DNA from: Elusimicrobiota bacterium
Lineage (GTDB): Bacteria; Omnitrophota; Gorgyraeia; Zapsychrales; Fredricksoniimonadaceae
DNA: 47,071 nucleotides
Direction: 5' to 3'
Assembly (NCBI GenBank): GCA_012514595.1
Contig: JAAYZZ010000015.1
Location: 1 to 47,071, forward strand
The position numbers and the translations under genes were made by a program. Under the pieces are notes generated by a model. It made no database searches and was not told the origin of the DNA. It saw only the letters and a program-made list of their open reading frames with translations. Positions within the stretch are counted from its first letter, which is position 1. Each line of letters begins with the position of its first letter. Below, one piece after another: positions 45,574 to 47,071 of this stretch.

Positions 45574-46527
45574 TCAGGAGGCCTGGGAGTATTCCCCGAT
45601 GGCGCGGAACTTGGCATAGCGCGCCTCAAGGAGATCTTTGGCAGAAAGGTCCTTCAGTCGTTCGATCTGCTTGAGGATCGATGTCTTGAGCCGCTCGGCC
45701 ACAGCTTCAGGCGCGTAGTGGGCACCCCCCAACGGTTCCGGGATGATCTCGTCGATGATCCCGAACTTCATGAGATGTTCCCCCGTGAGCTTGAGAGCTT
45801 CGGCGGCCTCCGATGCCTTGGTTGCGCTTCTCCAGAGAATAGAGGCACACCCCTCTGGCGAGATAACAGAATAATAAGAATGCTGGAGGATCAGGACATA
45901 ATCCGCGACCCCCACGCCCAGCGCGCCGCCGCTGCCGCCCTCACCGATGACAGTCGCAATGACAGGGGTCTTCAGGCCTGCCATGTCGCGCAGATTCTCG
46001 GCGATCGCCTGGGCCTGACCGCGCTCCTCCGCACCGATCCCGGGATAGGCCCCGGGCGTATCAATGAAGACCACCACAGGAAGACCGCACTTCTCGGCGA
46101 GACGCATGGCCCGCATCGCCTTGCGATAGCCCTCCGGATGCGCACAGCCGAAGTTGCGTTTCACATTCTCGGCGGTGTCGCGCCCCTTCTGATGGCCGAT
46201 CACCACCACCCGCTCGTCCTCGATCATCGCAAACCCCGCGATCATCGCAAGATCATCCGCAAAAAGACGGTCCCCGTGGATCTCGACGAAATCCGTCATC
46301 ATCATCCGGATATAATCCAGCGTATAGGGCCTCCTGGGATGACGGGCGATCTGGATCCTCTGCCAAGCGGTCAGATTCGTATACGCCTTGGTCTTGGCCG
46401 CCTCAAGCTTCTGCTCGAGCTTCTTGATCTCCGGACCCAGGTCCAGATGCTTGTCCGAGACCCTCTGCAGGTCATCGATCTTCTTCTGGATCTCGATGAT
46501 CGGTTTCTCAAAATCTAGCGCTGCCAT
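45574..46527 (-). CDS. accA: Acetyl-CoA carboxylase carboxyltransferase subunit alpha
   Basis: ...LDFEKPIIEI..., ...ARHPRRPYTLDYI..., ...FIDTPGAYPGIGAEERGQ... Confidence 0.95.
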   Translation of the reverse strand: MAALDFEKPIIEIQKKIDDLQRVSDKHLDLGPEIKKLEQKLEAAKTKAYTNLTAWQRIQIARHPRRPYTLDYIRMMMTDFVEIHGDRLFADDLAMIAGFAMIEDERVVVIGHQKGRDTAENVKRNFGCAHPEGYRKAMRAMRLAEKCGLPVVVFIDTPGAYPGIGAEERGQAQAIAENLRDMAGLKTPVIATVIGEGGSGGALGVGVADYVLILQHSYYSVISPEGCASILWRSATKASEAAEALKLTGEHLMKFGIIDEIIPEPLGGAHYAPEAVAERLKTSILKQIERLKDLSAKDLLEARYAKFRAIGEYSQAS

Positions 46528-46573
46528 AATGTCCCTCGTTGAAGTTCGATATTTCCGGGCCCGGGGCCCGTTC

Positions 46574-47071
46574 TCAGTCGACGATTGTCACCTCTGTCCC
46601 CATGGGAAGGATGGCATAAAGCTCCTCCACATCACTGTTGCGCATCCGGACACAGCCCGCGGTCACCTGCTGGCCGATCTTGTCCGGCTCGACGGTCCCG
46701 TGGATCCCGTACCCTTCAATATCAAATCCCATCCAGCGCGTCCCCAGGACGTTCTCGGGGCTCTCGGGCGGGATGACGGCCCCGGTCCGGAACCAGACCG
46801 GGTTCTCCAGTCGCGTCACGATCTTGAAGGTTCCCACGGGAGTGGAATTCCCGGTCCCTGTGGAGACCGAATAGACCTTCCAAACCTCGCCATTGTTCTT
46901 GAGCATCAGCGTATTGCGGGACTTGTCGACAAGGACCGTGAACTTTCCTGTCCAGACCCGAAGCTTCTGCCCCACCCGGATGACATCCCCTTTGAGATTA
47001 TTGCTCGCGCGGATGAGGTCCATGGTCACGTTGTATCTCTTGGAGATCTTGCCCAGGGTGTCTCCGGGAAC
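46574..47071 (-). CDS. LysM + YkuD L,D-transpeptidase (5' end beyond the window)
   Basis: The frame stays open to the window edge: VPGDTLGKISKRYNVTMDLIRASNNLKGDVIRVGQKL (LysM), then ...YGIHGT...TAGCVRM (YkuD catalytic His/Cys). Confidence 0.85.
   Translation of the reverse strand, partial: VPGDTLGKISKRYNVTMDLIRASNNLKGDVIRVGQKLRVWTGKFTVLVDKSRNTLMLKNNGEVWKVYSVSTGTGNSTPVGTFKIVTRLENPVWFRTGAVIPPESPENVLGTRWMGFDIEGYGIHGTVEPDKIGQQVTAGCVRMRNSDVEELYAILPMGTEVTIVD

Noticed and set aside
46540-46570. GC palindrome CGGGCCC-G-GGGCCCG between the L,D-transpeptidase gene and accA as a terminator.
   Set aside because: The stem is very short with a minimal loop and no U-tract on the transcribed strand, so it cannot be distinguished from chance in GC-rich DNA.

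Overview
This 47 kb window is a dense, high-GC (about 60% in hand-counted lines) core-genome segment from a diderm bacterium. About 50 of roughly 56 protein genes lie on the minus strand, and many are joined by ATGA-type stop/start overlaps.

Gene content, in coordinate order:
- McsA-like fragment, frameshifted ilvE, lolD-lolC/E, lysS.
- Lipid A and outer-membrane block: lpxI-lpxA-(lpxC/fabZ fusion)-lpxD-skp-bamA.
- dnaB-rplI-rpsR-ssb-rpsF-pth-ctc-prs-glmU.
- Sulfur module: cysK-metY-Rrf2-YezD.
- GIY-YIG gene, tRNA-Gln, a low-GC secreted protein, ispE, a TPR protein, a 33-aa bS22-like basic peptide, hisG.
- ppiD-like gene (plus strand).
- A coupled eight-gene block: cutA-pgeF-rmuC-REC-hypothetical-mini-TM-EndoIII-like-lipoprotein.
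- ORF6N protein, an orphan secretin with a PilP/GspC-like partner, ykgJ, pgi, a MORN protein, mnmA.
- BirA-controlled biotin operon: birA-bioF-bioH-like-bioC-bioD/bioA fusion.
- tRNA-Ala, tRNA-Leu, two small unknown genes, rlmN, accA and a partial LysM/YkuD L,D-transpeptidase.

I found no CRISPR array, transposase, integrase, prophage or recognisable defence or toxin system. The most system-like unexplained item is the eight-gene coupled operon at 27.1-31.1 kb, and it rests on gene neighbourhood only.

Other points worth a second look:
- A clear bioO palindrome over the birA promoter.
- The BioD-BioA and LpxC-FabZ fusions.
- A single-base frameshift in ilvE.
- About 4-fold GATC enrichment.
- Near-total avoidance of the codons TTA, CTA and TCA, which explains the very long antisense ORFs in the track.
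- An atypical SSB C-terminal tip.

All family calls come from reading the translations. No database search was run.
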